DNA from: an uncultured Pseudomonadota bacterium | Lineage (GTDB): Bacteria; Pseudomonadota; Alphaproteobacteria; Rs-D84 | Length of the DNA: 64,000 nucleotides | NCBI GenBank assembly: GCA_902795435.1 | Contig: CADBLE010000006.1 | Location: 45,611-109,610 of the forward strand | Direction of reading: 5' to 3' | Shown here: positions 17,368-28,143 of the stretch, in pieces | Numbering within the stretch: the first letter of the stretch is position 1 | Layout: each line of letters starts with the position of its first letter | The notes under the pieces: generated by a model | The model's input: only the letters and a program-made list of their open reading frames with translations | The model's database searches: none | Told to the model about the DNA's origin: nothing | Translations under genes and position numbers: made by a program

Positions 17368-17918
17368 ACATTAGCCAATTCTTTTAAAACAGATTCTCTG
17401 TATGCTTCTTTCGAAATATAACAAGAGAAATGTTTTATTTTTACAATAGTATATTCACCAGATAGATATTTTACCAGTGCATTATACACCTTGTCTCCAA
17501 GAGCTATTAGCACAGGTTTTATGCCCAATAATGCGATTTCTTGTGTAAATGCTTGTACATCATCAGCCGAAACAGAAACCTTGTTAGAATCCGTTTCTTT
17601 TACACCATTAAGATCTGTGATATAAGCACCCCAGAATTTAGTGTTTTTTATAGCATATCTTAATTTATAATCGTTTTGCCTTTTTGTATCGGTGCTGTGA
17701 AAATTATGCCAAATTTCTTCACTGGTATCTTGAACAGAGGGATTTAAACCAACAAACACATAATTTGGGTTTAGTCTTTTATAGATTTCAAGATCGTCAA
17801 ATATACTTAAATCACCAATGTTTGATTTCGGGGTATTCCATTCTTCTGCCCAAACAGCCCAACTAGCAGATTTGCCATATTCGCATTTTATCTGATTATA
17901 TATTTCTGGTTGTAACAT
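17364..17918 (-). CDS. Uracil-DNA-glycosylase-superfamily-like protein (tentative)
   Basis: VFVGLNPS (motif-A-like, compare GINPG/GEAPG), AYITDL, KPVLIALGDKVYNAL and IKHFS (motif-B-like HPS) appear in the order and spacing expected of the UDG fold. It lies 2 nt downstream of the helicase-nuclease gene. Confidence 0.45.
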   Translation of the reverse strand: MLQPEIYNQIKCEYGKSASWAVWAEEWNTPKSNIGDLSIFDDLEIYKRLNPNYVFVGLNPSVQDTSEEIWHNFHSTDTKRQNDYKLRYAIKNTKFWGAYITDLNGVKETDSNKVSVSADDVQAFTQEIALLGIKPVLIALGDKVYNALVKYLSGEYTIVKIKHFSCYISKEAYRESVLKELANV

Positions 17919-17920
17919 GT

Positions 17921-20431
17921 TTATATTCCTAAAAGATTATCTAATGTCTTGATTAATTTGGTCTTTTCTTGGCTACCGTCTGTTCTGAAACGTATAAGAG
18001 GTAGGTTATATATTGCAAATATATTGTCCTTCATCTTATCCCTTTTACCTTGTGTGGAGTTTTCTTGGTGATATCGTGTTCCATCTACCTCAATACCTAG
18101 AATTGGATTTTTGGTTATACGGTTAAAGATTATAAAATCACAATGAGCGAGGATGTTATTTGCGTACTCGTATTCTGATCCTTCTAACTTTGATAAATCC
18201 CTAAATATGTATTTCAAAGGGACATGTGTTGCTACATTCAGAGAATTGAAACGACTGATAGCTAAAACTTCTTTTATTAAATCATACATAAGATTTTCAC
18301 TATCAAATTCTGAAACTTTAGACTTAATAAGTGATTTTCTTTTTGATTCATAACATTTATACAAACAATCAAAAATTGAGCAAACTTCACTTTTGACTAT
18401 TGTTAAATTGTTATAGTTTATGTAATCTATTAAGGATTTTACGTTTGTATCTTTTTCTTCTTCATTACCATTGGTAACGATTATCAATTGGTCTATAGCA
18501 CGAGATACTGCAACATTTAATCTATTAGGTTGGTCGGCAAAATCAGATATGCTATTATCAACCATAGATAACACGATAATATCTTTTTCTCTGCCCTGAA
18601 ACTTGTCGACTGTATCTGCTTGGATAGATGTGTCTTTAAACATTTTTTGTAATGCAGTTACCTGATTTCTGTAAGGTGTAACTATGCCGATTGAATCTTT
18701 ATTTACATCTAGTTTCTGTTGAGGAATGACTTCATCAATAATTACATCTATTTGTCTATTATTAACATGGTTTCTAGCATGGTTACCAGGTTTGGTTTTA
18801 TAAACGACCAAAGGTATCCTATCTGATTTTGGTTTACTTAATGTTATAAGTTGACCGTTATAAAATTTCTGGTTACAAAACTCAATAATTTTTGGATGAC
18901 ATCTATAATGTTCTCGTAATAACACAGAAGGAATATCAGGAATTAATTCCGTTATAGCAGATAAAATGCTGTGATTTTTATATCTATATGTCTCTGGAAG
19001 CGTGTATTGTTTGAATATGTTGTCCGTAGTCTTTGCAGATTGATCATCCACAACATTTGGTAATTGCTTTAAATCGCCAACTATAACTGCATTGCTTGCA
19101 CATCCCAAAGCCAATGCACCAGTAACTAAGTCTACCTGTGATGATTCATCTATAATTACATAATCATACAACCCATCAAAGATACAATTAGATAAAGAAT
19201 ATGCTGTACTCAGAATAACAGGGTATTCTTTAAGAAATTGCTTTGAACGAATTGATAGGTTTGCACGTTTGCTATCACGATACTTATGAGCCAATTTATG
19301 TTTAAATAACATCATGGATAGTTCAGAATATCTGGCAATTTTAGCATTAAAATCAAACTTTGATAGATGAGCTTCGGCTTTCTTTATGCTGGATTCTAAA
19401 TCTTTTGTGTGTTCATTATACCAATTTTTTTGACACATTAATATTATTTGATCTGGTGTATCCAAATAAAAAGAAAAATCATGAATTCTGTATTTGAAAT
19501 AGTTTATTATTTTGCGTAACAGATTTATTGTCTTATTGTTACCAGAATATTGTTCTGTTTCCAGCCATAAACTCATGCTTTTATCAGCATTTAAATGGTG
19601 TATTTTATCTGTGTTAATATTCGGGTGTTCAATACAGAAATGTTTGTATTCTATTTCTAGAACATCCAATTCTTGTTTGTTTTTTGCTAGATTGTTTTGT
19701 ATTTCTAACATATCCAGCAATTCGTTGTACAGATTATTTAAATCTTTTCTGGTTGTAATTTTCCATCTAAAATCTTTTTCCCATGTGGACATATCTGGCA
19801 AATCGTGTTTAGCTTCATTGAAAGCCGAGACGTTACTACTATTACCTAAGAAAGCCACCATAAAATCCAGGTTATACTTTTGTAATTTCTCAACAATATT
19901 AGCCGTAGCTGAATTATTGGCAGACGTAACAGCTACTGTCTGATCAGACATAATTATATTGGCAATAATATTCAATATAGTTTGTGTTTTACCTGTTCCC
20001 GGTGGACCTTCTATTACAGACAATCGATTAGACATAGCATTATCTGTTGCTTGTCTTTGGCTAAGATTGAATCCAAAAGGATAAATTGGGGTTTGGTTAG
20101 GCTCATGTTTCATATGTTTTATTTCCCCAGATAAAACATTAAACAATATAGATTCTTCGGATAAATTTTCGACTTTAGAAAAGTTATTCAATAAAATATT
20201 ACGATTATGTTCGTCTTTCAGTCCCACAACTTCAGCTACGGTTTTGAAATAATTCAGGATGTTATTAATTTCTTGATTTTTCTCTTCTATTCTCACATTT
20301 TGTCTGTTATAGGTATAAGAACGACCGTTTTTATACATAACATTTATCTTGGTGCCGTCTAATTCAACATCCAAAATATCATTGGTTACATCTTGATCTT
20401 TTATGAAAATCTTGAATTTTTCTAAATCCAT
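17921..20431 (-). CDS. SF1 (Upf1/DNA2-like) helicase fused to a C-terminal Vsr/DUF559-like endonuclease domain
   Basis: VIEGPPGTGKTQT (Walker A), YVIIDESSQV (Walker B), LREHYRCHPKI, VDKFQGREKDIIVLS, NRLNVAVSRA. The C-terminus HCDFIIFNRITKNPILGIEVDGTRYH is typical of the Vsr-like/DUF559 nuclease fold. Confidence 0.8.
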   Translation of the reverse strand: MDLEKFKIFIKDQDVTNDILDVELDGTKINVMYKNGRSYTYNRQNVRIEEKNQEINNILNYFKTVAEVVGLKDEHNRNILLNNFSKVENLSEESILFNVLSGEIKHMKHEPNQTPIYPFGFNLSQRQATDNAMSNRLSVIEGPPGTGKTQTILNIIANIIMSDQTVAVTSANNSATANIVEKLQKYNLDFMVAFLGNSSNVSAFNEAKHDLPDMSTWEKDFRWKITTRKDLNNLYNELLDMLEIQNNLAKNKQELDVLEIEYKHFCIEHPNINTDKIHHLNADKSMSLWLETEQYSGNNKTINLLRKIINYFKYRIHDFSFYLDTPDQIILMCQKNWYNEHTKDLESSIKKAEAHLSKFDFNAKIARYSELSMMLFKHKLAHKYRDSKRANLSIRSKQFLKEYPVILSTAYSLSNCIFDGLYDYVIIDESSQVDLVTGALALGCASNAVIVGDLKQLPNVVDDQSAKTTDNIFKQYTLPETYRYKNHSILSAITELIPDIPSVLLREHYRCHPKIIEFCNQKFYNGQLITLSKPKSDRIPLVVYKTKPGNHARNHVNNRQIDVIIDEVIPQQKLDVNKDSIGIVTPYRNQVTALQKMFKDTSIQADTVDKFQGREKDIIVLSMVDNSISDFADQPNRLNVAVSRAIDQLIIVTNGNEEEKDTNVKSLIDYINYNNLTIVKSEVCSIFDCLYKCYESKRKSLIKSKVSEFDSENLMYDLIKEVLAISRFNSLNVATHVPLKYIFRDLSKLEGSEYEYANNILAHCDFIIFNRITKNPILGIEVDGTRYHQENSTQGKRDKMKDNIFAIYNLPLIRFRTDGSQEKTKLIKTLDNLLGI

Positions 20432-20445
20432 ACTTTTATATGTCT

Positions 20446-23232
20446 TTAATTCAATAATTTTTGAATTTCAGTTGTAACTTCAGATGCTCTGGTGACTTTT
20501 TTCCATTTTACGTTTTCTATTTTATCAAATAACTTTTCTTGTGCGTTCAAAGCAATAATGTCGGTATCTCTGAGATTATCGGATTTTGTTTCAACAAATA
20601 AAGTTAATTTTATATTATTACCATTTGTAACCGCGTAAACAAAATCAGGCGAAGTTGTCCCGCCAACATATGTCGGGATTTTTATACACTTTCTTGGTAA
20701 TTTACCGAAAACATTGACTTTATTGTCCGGAGTTAATTTTAACACTTCTCGTTCTATTGAAGTATCGTACACCTTCTTGTCATAAAGATAATTAGGTTCC
20801 ACCATCAAATCTGTAGCTTCGTGTGTTCCAACTAAACCTTGTGTTATTTCATCTACAAAATTGCCATCTTTAATAAGAGTTGTATTGGCTGAAAAATCTA
20901 AAGATTGGTAATTAAACTTCTGCATAAATGTAGACAAGAATTTTTCATGAAACCTTTTTAATACATTATCTAAACTGCCCTCGTTGATTCTGTCCGGGAC
21001 CATACCACAACCATACAATTCACACATTGCTTTATGCCATGTGTTTACGGGTATCAATGTTCGTTCGGATAATCTACGCATAAACTTACCATAACTCAAT
21101 CTGATTAATGGTGTACTAATGTGTTTTGTTGTAGCTTTTGAAACAATTTTTCCGTCTTGTGACTCTAAACTGTAAGTTGTAATTTGACCTTCTGAAGGGG
21201 TAAAAGATTCAAGTAAAGCATGCTTTAAAATGCTATTTAAATCTTCATCGGATATTTTGTCGTACACAACCATGTATCTTTTTGTAACTTCTTGCCAGAC
21301 ATCTTTCAATTTTTCCCAGTTTTCTTTTCTTAGTTTTACGACAGGCTTTTTCTCTGAGTTAACAGTCACAACACCTTTTCTTAGCGAATAATTATCTGGT
21401 AATAGTTTTATCAAACCATCAACGTCTACTATATCATCAGATGCATTTATGACACCAGCAAACAACAAACCACCTTTAGCTCTATCAACACTGTCTGCAT
21501 ATCCATTTGCTACCAAAGCTTCCAAAATATTAATATTAATCTTCATATTTTGTACTATGCCACCATCACTATTAATTTCATTAATAAGTTTATCTGCAAA
21601 ATCTTTTTCGGACCAATCTATCAAGAAATCTAATCTAAATTCTTGTGTTGATATACGTTTGTGATTTTCGTCCACAGGCAAACGCAAACCACGTCCTACT
21701 TCTTGAATTTTACTGCTTTCGCTACCACTGGTTCTTAATTTAGCAATAGTGAATACATTTGTATTATCCCACCCTTCACGTAAAGTCCATTTAGAGAACA
21801 AGAAGCGTCGTAAAACCCAATTCCCTTTTTCGTCTTTAAATGAAGTTAATTTATCTCTATTCCTTAAAATATCGTTTACTTCTGCTTGTATCCCGTCATC
21901 TTTTGCTGTTGCTCTGTCTTCTGCAAAATAACCACCATGTGTTTCCGCTATATTTGCTAAACTTTGTTCCAGGAAATCTTTATATTCTTGGTTCTTTTCT
22001 AAACCTATTAATTCCCTTAACTTGGCTCTTAAAAGACGTTCGAATGTTTGTTTTAGCCAACCATCTTCATTTCTGTATGACGCTATATTATCAATAAAGA
22101 ATAAGGTTAAGGTCTTTATTTTTGCAGGATTCATCCCACAATTTTCCCTAAACCAATTTTCACGTTCCTTTTTAAAATGGGATTCTATGGCTTGTTTAAT
22201 CAATAATTCTTGATAACTTGATGAAAATAGTGACGGAATTAAAATCATACCATCTGATAATTCCAAACCAGTAGATAACATTTTATTACCATCAAAGGTG
22301 ATTCCGCCTTCAAATTCGCTCGGCAAAGCATCACCTATGGCCATCTCATATCTATTACCAGATTCGGTTAATGTTAAACTTCTATTTGTTACTGATGTTA
22401 CCCTATATTTGCGTGCCGCTTGAGCTTGATTTATTTCTGGAAAAATGACGTTTATCCCTTTTACCAACCCATTATTAAAAGCATTAACAGCATTCAAATC
22501 ATATACAAGGTCTTCAAAATCATCTTTTTCGACCTTATTCCTTCCTGATCCAACTGTAATTTTTGGAAAAGTTGCACCAAATCTTACAATTAATTGCGGT
22601 TCTAATCCTTGAATTGCCTGCCAAGCCTTTGTTGTTTTAGCAAATCTGTGTGGTTCATCAATAATAACGACAGGTTTTACAGCCTTAATTGAATCAATCG
22701 GGCAAGAATAAGAATTAATCAAAGTTTGATCGTAATCATCACGTGTCATTGATTTGCTGATTAACATATCATCGTTAAGCAACAAGCATTTTATGGTCTT
22801 AGAATCATTTCTGGTTCCTTCTAAAAAATCCATCAAAGCAGCAGGGATTGTTTTTCGTCCCTTCTTTGTATTAAAATCACCAGCATTAATCATATCCAAA
22901 TCGATATGAATATTTTCATATAATCCAGAAAAATGTTGTTTTGTATCTTTGTGTGTGATAAAAGCTTTTGTGCCTTCTTTAATAGCCAAAGATGGAACAA
23001 AAATTATAAATTTGTTTAACCCGTATTGTTTAAACATCTCGTACATCATACGTGTATAAACATATGTTTTACCAGTAGCAGTTTCCATTTTTACATCAAT
23101 ATTCTGTTGAATATTAATGTTATGATTTGCATATGGATTATCGTTGTCTTGAACATTATCACGACAACCATTCATAGCATCCATAATGGCTTTTATCGCG
23201 TCTGATTGATGGGGCAGTTGTTCCAGATACAT
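20446..23232 (-). CDS. res: Type III restriction enzyme, Res subunit
   Basis: METATGKTYVY (motif I) and VIIDEPHRF (DEPH box). C-terminal PD-ExK-like motif TSPDFVYAV...LFVETKSD. Lies immediately downstream of mod (2-nt gap). Confidence 0.85.
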   Translation of the reverse strand: MYLEQLPHQSDAIKAIMDAMNGCRDNVQDNDNPYANHNINIQQNIDVKMETATGKTYVYTRMMYEMFKQYGLNKFIIFVPSLAIKEGTKAFITHKDTKQHFSGLYENIHIDLDMINAGDFNTKKGRKTIPAALMDFLEGTRNDSKTIKCLLLNDDMLISKSMTRDDYDQTLINSYSCPIDSIKAVKPVVIIDEPHRFAKTTKAWQAIQGLEPQLIVRFGATFPKITVGSGRNKVEKDDFEDLVYDLNAVNAFNNGLVKGINVIFPEINQAQAARKYRVTSVTNRSLTLTESGNRYEMAIGDALPSEFEGGITFDGNKMLSTGLELSDGMILIPSLFSSSYQELLIKQAIESHFKKERENWFRENCGMNPAKIKTLTLFFIDNIASYRNEDGWLKQTFERLLRAKLRELIGLEKNQEYKDFLEQSLANIAETHGGYFAEDRATAKDDGIQAEVNDILRNRDKLTSFKDEKGNWVLRRFLFSKWTLREGWDNTNVFTIAKLRTSGSESSKIQEVGRGLRLPVDENHKRISTQEFRLDFLIDWSEKDFADKLINEINSDGGIVQNMKININILEALVANGYADSVDRAKGGLLFAGVINASDDIVDVDGLIKLLPDNYSLRKGVVTVNSEKKPVVKLRKENWEKLKDVWQEVTKRYMVVYDKISDEDLNSILKHALLESFTPSEGQITTYSLESQDGKIVSKATTKHISTPLIRLSYGKFMRRLSERTLIPVNTWHKAMCELYGCGMVPDRINEGSLDNVLKRFHEKFLSTFMQKFNYQSLDFSANTTLIKDGNFVDEITQGLVGTHEATDLMVEPNYLYDKKVYDTSIEREVLKLTPDNKVNVFGKLPRKCIKIPTYVGGTTSPDFVYAVTNGNNIKLTLFVETKSDNLRDTDIIALNAQEKLFDKIENVKWKKVTRASEVTTEIQKLLN

Positions 23233-23234
23233 GA

Positions 23235-25070
23235 TTAAAATCTCTCTATAATTTCAACGTTTCCTTCTAAAACCGACTTCATGTTGTTTTTTAATTCCGT
23301 TAAAGTTTTAAAATCAAACGAATGGTTGTAAACAATTATTGTTTGTACACTTAATTCGTTACGCCCAATCAAATTTAACAATTCACGAGTATTATCGGTT
23401 GTCCATCCCACAGATATCAAATATAAACGGTGTGAATCTTTTGGTAAATAGGCAGTGTAATCACCAAATTTGATTTCTTGTATTGGCGTGGTCAAAGTAT
23501 ACCCATCATCAACCATCCATGTGGTTAATATTGTTTCTATCCCAGAAGCCATTAATTTGGTTCCTAAATCTTTACCAGAGAAAGGTTTAATCATATCATC
23601 CGCTAATAAATTAGGTTTAGTTGGATCAAACGTATCGATTTTATCTAAAACCAAATTATCAGATATTTTTGCCAATTTATAATGTTTAAATCCAGATTTA
23701 TCACCGATTTTATCAGCAGCCAGTTTTATACGATCACGGGATATTTCATCAATCGTTTTATATCCAGCTTTTTCTGCTTCACTGCCACTTGCAACAGGTT
23801 CATCCAATTGCACCATTATATACTTACGATTACCTTTATCTTCAGAATTCAATTGCATAACCGCATGTGCAGTTGTTGACGAACCTGCGAAAAAATCTAA
23901 AATTAGAGAATTTTTATCTGATGCTAAATTTAATATGACTTCCAACAAAGAAACAGGTTTTGGAAAATCAAACACATCATCAAGGGACAAATCTCTTAAA
24001 TTATCTGTTCCCAAATTATTCACATATTTAGAACTCATCAAATCATTTGTTGTCAATATCAGATTAGGATCCTTATCAACTAATATATTAGTTCCAACTT
24101 GAAATTCTTTATTTATATAGTTTCTAACTCTTAACGTCGAAGCCGTTTCTACTACTATACCTAATTCTATGGCCTTCTGCATTCTGTCCTTTGTCCAAAG
24201 CCAACGTCTTCTATTGCCTTTAGAATCAACAGGCTTATAAATTTTTCCATTAAACTCTATATCATAATCCCCACCTGCTGAATATCCTTGAGTTGAACTA
24301 GCTAAAATTGGGCTTGTATCACCCTCCAAATATGTACCTTTGTCATCATGCTTTAAATTTGTCAAATTTCTTTGTACAACATGATGAAAATCATATTGCT
24401 TGTGTTTCGTGTAAACAACAATATAATCGTTAGTTTTAGATATATATTTTTCCTGTGCGGGTCTTTGTGCTGAACTTAATCTAGGTACTAATGCGATAAA
24501 GTTATCTTCTCCGAATATTTCATCACATATTAGTTTTAAATTGGTTACTTCATTATCATCTATTGATATAAATATAGCCCCATCATCTGCTAACATCCTT
24601 TTTGCAAGAACAAGACGTGGCAACATAAAGGTCAGCCATGCTGAATGCGAACATTTGCCGTTAAGTGCACGCAACCGTGCAACATCTGAATCTGCCATAC
24701 CTAATTTTTCTTTTAATTGGGCATCTGTAAAATTAAATGTATCATTATAAACAAAACCATCCGACCCCGTATTGTATGGAGGGTCTATATAAATACATTT
24801 TATCTGTCTTTCATAAGCATTAACCAAATGTTTCAATGCATCTAAATTATCCCCTGTAATGAATATGTTTTGACTATCTTTATTTTCAGCCTTGTTATTC
24901 CATTCTTTATCAGGGACCAAAACAGTTTCCGTTGGTAGTGTAGATACAAATTTGGCGTAATCTTTACCAACAAAACGCAACTGATACCCATCACGAATTT
25001 CATCGCGATCAGGATTTGTAATTGTCGCATTTTCTATTTCTTCACGAATTGCTTTAAGTCCTTCAAACAT
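23235..25070 (-). CDS. mod: Type III DNA methyltransferase, Mod subunit (beta-class N6A/N4C)
   Basis: IYIDPPYNTG (motif IV) is N-terminal and LDFFAGSSTTAHAV (motif I) is C-terminal, with a variable region between them. This is the beta-class order typical of Type III Mod. Confidence 0.85.
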   Translation of the reverse strand: MFEGLKAIREEIENATITNPDRDEIRDGYQLRFVGKDYAKFVSTLPTETVLVPDKEWNNKAENKDSQNIFITGDNLDALKHLVNAYERQIKCIYIDPPYNTGSDGFVYNDTFNFTDAQLKEKLGMADSDVARLRALNGKCSHSAWLTFMLPRLVLAKRMLADDGAIFISIDDNEVTNLKLICDEIFGEDNFIALVPRLSSAQRPAQEKYISKTNDYIVVYTKHKQYDFHHVVQRNLTNLKHDDKGTYLEGDTSPILASSTQGYSAGGDYDIEFNGKIYKPVDSKGNRRRWLWTKDRMQKAIELGIVVETASTLRVRNYINKEFQVGTNILVDKDPNLILTTNDLMSSKYVNNLGTDNLRDLSLDDVFDFPKPVSLLEVILNLASDKNSLILDFFAGSSTTAHAVMQLNSEDKGNRKYIMVQLDEPVASGSEAEKAGYKTIDEISRDRIKLAADKIGDKSGFKHYKLAKISDNLVLDKIDTFDPTKPNLLADDMIKPFSGKDLGTKLMASGIETILTTWMVDDGYTLTTPIQEIKFGDYTAYLPKDSHRLYLISVGWTTDNTRELLNLIGRNELSVQTIIVYNHSFDFKTLTELKNNMKSVLEGNVEIIERF

Positions 25071-25108
25071 ATAGGTATCCTTTGTTTTGTTTCTATTCTA
25101 CAATATTT

Positions 25109-25624
25109 TTAAAACTTTGTCCAATCACCAAATCTGCTGGTCCGCGTTTTAAATTTGTTTTTAATAGTAATATGATGATCATCTGAAAAATCTTTGTATT
25201 TAAAATCATTAAACGTGCCATAGTGCCCTCTGAAAAAGCCTATTTTTTTATAACAAGCATTGCAAAGAGGTAATTTACGCATTCCACCGCGATCCAATCT
25301 GAACATATTAGAATTATCGTATTTTACAACCCCAGTATAATCTTTTTCTTCCCCACGGTTCTTTTTATTGCTTAATGCATTGCAAAAATACATATGCACA
25401 CTAACATCTCTGCTACTATTTTTATCTTCGCCAGGCATATACAAGAAAACAACCTCTCCATTTGGGGTGCGGAATAATTCACCAGGTCTTGGTGGCAAAA
25501 TATCCCCACGTTTGACCATATCATCGATAGATCCTCTAAAAACGCCTAAAGGCAAAGCACCAATCTTGTTGGCTATTTCTTTTAATTTTACAATACAACC
25601 TTCAAATCCGTTTTCTGTTTTCAT
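25109..25624 (-). CDS. Hypothetical protein (171 aa), last gene of the MotAB-like module
   Basis: 14-nt gap after the MotB-like gene. Two C-N-A-[LC] pairs (FCNAL, LCNAC) but no motif I can name. Confidence 0.6.
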   Translation of the reverse strand: MKTENGFEGCIVKLKEIANKIGALPLGVFRGSIDDMVKRGDILPPRPGELFRTPNGEVVFLYMPGEDKNSSRDVSVHMYFCNALSNKKNRGEEKDYTGVVKYDNSNMFRLDRGGMRKLPLCNACYKKIGFFRGHYGTFNDFKYKDFSDDHHITIKNKFKTRTSRFGDWTKF

Positions 25625-25638
25625 ATATTACCAACTTT

Positions 25639-26382
25639 TTATTTTAATATTGTTTCCATGTTTGCTTCTGCTTTTAACAACACTTTAAACTCAACTCGTC
25701 TGGAAGCTTTCTGATTTTCAGAACCATCTGCATAGGTGATCAATTTTGAATAACTTAAGCCGTTGGCTGTTACATATTGTTTCATATATGCAAAATCAGG
25801 GTCCAAAGTTAAACAATACGACAATACATTTCTGGCACGGGCTTGAGACAAACCCATGTTGTATAAATAATTCTTTTGTTCGTTAGTATATTTACCAGCA
25901 ACAGCATAGGGACCTTCTTTCATAACACATTCTTCATTAGAATTAATCTTACATGGTCCGGAAGTATCTGTATGCCCTTCAATTCTAATTTCTTGAATTT
26001 GATCTTTATATGGCATAATCGTTTTTATATATCTTGGAAAGAATTCTTTTAACTTAGCTTGGAATTCTTCTTTTAAAACCGCTTCATTTTTATCAAATTG
26101 TGGGGTTCTTTCATTAAACTTGAATGATAAATCTTTATTTATTTCTGCGTCCCACTTAGATAAATCTTTGCTAAATTCTTGTTGCAAATCTGTATATAAA
26201 TTCTCTTTCTTATCAAAATATTCTTTGGTTATACGTTCACAACGACCATGATCTGCATATTTTTTTTGAATATCAAGAATAACCGATACTGATATAAACA
26301 AGAAAACCAGCATTAAAGCAGTCATAATATCTGACAAGGATATATAATGCGAATTATCTTCTTTTGCATTTGAAAATGACAT
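25639..26382 (-). CDS. MotB/ZorB-like protein (TM anchor with conserved Asp plus OmpA-like peptidoglycan-binding domain)
   Basis: ISLSDIMTALMLVFLFI is a MotB-type plug/TM region with Asp. The C-terminus IRIEGHTDTSG...LSQARARNVLSYCL...RRVEFKV is OmpA_C-like. Confidence 0.8.
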   Translation of the reverse strand: MSFSNAKEDNSHYISLSDIMTALMLVFLFISVSVILDIQKKYADHGRCERITKEYFDKKENLYTDLQQEFSKDLSKWDAEINKDLSFKFNERTPQFDKNEAVLKEEFQAKLKEFFPRYIKTIMPYKDQIQEIRIEGHTDTSGPCKINSNEECVMKEGPYAVAGKYTNEQKNYLYNMGLSQARARNVLSYCLTLDPDFAYMKQYVTANGLSYSKLITYADGSENQKASRRVEFKVLLKAEANMETILK

Positions 26383-26398
26383 TTAATATACCCTTTTA

Positions 26399-27511
26399 TT
26401 ATTTGTTTTTCTTTTTATTGTCTTTAACTACTTCATCTATACGCTTTTTTAATTCATCTATGGAATCAGGCAATGTTTTAGAGGCGTTTTCAAGGGCTTC
26501 ATTAACAGAATCAAAATTATCAGTTAGTTTTTGCATTATACCAGCAGCATAATTGCCGGCTTCTACCATCTGCGTATTGTGTTCAACCGCAACTTTTTCA
26601 AAGAATCTATTAGTAGAGTTTTTATATTCTTCTGTCATAATATTGATCTTTTGTGTTGCATCATCAATCAACGTATTTACAGTTGCAATTGATTCTGGAA
26701 TTGTTTTCAAAGAATCAACAGCATTTATAGATTTTTCTCCCAAATCTTTTATGGCCTTTAATGGTTTGTCTAAAGATTCTATGTTTTCGGAAATAACTGT
26801 TAACATATTTGTTGTTTTATTGGCAACTTGATTCATTTTTTCCATTTGTTCATCATATTTTTCTTGCAATCCAGATAACAAACTAATTTGAGTCGACAAA
26901 TTATTTACAGATTCTGTAAAATTATCTATGCTTTCTGTAAATTTTGAGGAAATATCGTCTGTTAAATTATTTAAAGCTTCTGCTAAACCTTCTTGAAGTT
27001 GATTACCAAAACTTTTCCCTATTTTCTTTATAAAAACGTCAAAGTTGCCATTCATTTGTTCCAATTGATCATATTCACTTTTTTCTATAATTGTAGAAAT
27101 ACCAAGTTTTGATAACCCTGTACGTATCATTGAAAAACCAACACCAGCAATACTTGTTATAAAGGCCAATTTTAATCCATCTAAAAGATTTGGTAAACTG
27201 TTACCTATATCTGTTGTATCAAAACCTTTTAACCCCAAATAAATACCAATAAAAGTACCGAACATACCAATTGTAGGATACCAACTTTTGCTATAAGTAT
27301 GCTTTACACAATCGTAAATCAATAAACCTGTTAAAGCAGAAATAAAGATTATATTAATGATTGTCGAAACAAATCTGATATTATCTGTACTCGAACTAAG
27401 CACAATCACTGCAATTATTAAGATAACAGCCAAAGACAAAAACAATACGTTTTTAACAGACATCTTGCCTATCACTTGTTCTATATATGATTCCTGTTTC
27501 GTTTTCTTCAT
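26399..27511 (-). CDS. MotA/ExbB/ZorA-like proton-channel protein with helical tail
   Basis: Four predicted TM helices, including WYPTIGMFGTFIGIYLGL and LKLAFITSIAGVGFSMI (MotA_ExbB signature region). They are followed by about 240 aa of heptad-like repeats (TESIDNFTESVNNLSTQISLL...). Confidence 0.75.
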   Translation of the reverse strand: MKKTKQESYIEQVIGKMSVKNVLFLSLAVILIIAVIVLSSSTDNIRFVSTIINIIFISALTGLLIYDCVKHTYSKSWYPTIGMFGTFIGIYLGLKGFDTTDIGNSLPNLLDGLKLAFITSIAGVGFSMIRTGLSKLGISTIIEKSEYDQLEQMNGNFDVFIKKIGKSFGNQLQEGLAEALNNLTDDISSKFTESIDNFTESVNNLSTQISLLSGLQEKYDEQMEKMNQVANKTTNMLTVISENIESLDKPLKAIKDLGEKSINAVDSLKTIPESIATVNTLIDDATQKINIMTEEYKNSTNRFFEKVAVEHNTQMVEAGNYAAGIMQKLTDNFDSVNEALENASKTLPDSIDELKKRIDEVVKDNKKKNK

Positions 27512-27525
27512 TATATTAACCTTTA

Positions 27526-28143
27526 TTACATTTGCATTAACCTTGCATAAGTTTTGGTTTTGGTAAATTCAGGGAATGTTTTTGCAAAATTCTTAACTGA
27601 AACATCTACCTTTACACCCTTATCAAGCAATAAGTTTACTATATTTAACTTATTTAATTCAATAGCTATCATCAATGCAGTATAGCCAAATTTATCTTGC
27701 GAATTGATAGCTGCATGTGCATCTAGCAATATTTGTACAATTTCCACGTCACAATGCATACAAGCCAACATTAACGGGGTTGCCATAGAATAATCTTCCA
27801 GCTTTATGTTTATATTTGCCCCAGAATCAATCAAAGTTTTAATATTTTCTTTTTTATTTCCAGCTAAAGCTGCTATCAACGCAGTTCGTCCGCTATTATC
27901 TCGCGTAGAAACAGAGAGTCCTGCTTGTAATAACATTCTTAAACATTCTGGATCATCTATTGTATTAGCCGCTTTCATCAACGGAGTTTGACCTTCTTCA
28001 TCAACAATATTGACATCCGCACCAGCATCCAACAACTTTTTTAAATCAGTACTATTCTTAATAATACCTGCCTGCCAACCACTTATAAGTTTTTCTGTGG
28101 CTTGATCTGCTGTTAACGAATTTATACTATTCAATTCTGACAT
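27526..28143 (-). CDS. Ankyrin-repeat protein (about 5 repeats)
   Basis: Repeated G-x-TPLM/TALI-x-A...(D/N)V(N/S) units: GQTPLMKAA, GRTALIAALAGN, ATPLMLACMHCDVEIVQILLDAHAAINSQD, GYTALMIAIELNKLNIVNLLLDKGVKVD. The start codon abuts the SNF2 stop with a 0-nt gap. Confidence 0.85.
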   Translation of the reverse strand: MSELNSINSLTADQATEKLISGWQAGIIKNSTDLKKLLDAGADVNIVDEEGQTPLMKAANTIDDPECLRMLLQAGLSVSTRDNSGRTALIAALAGNKKENIKTLIDSGANINIKLEDYSMATPLMLACMHCDVEIVQILLDAHAAINSQDKFGYTALMIAIELNKLNIVNLLLDKGVKVDVSVKNFAKTFPEFTKTKTYARLMQM

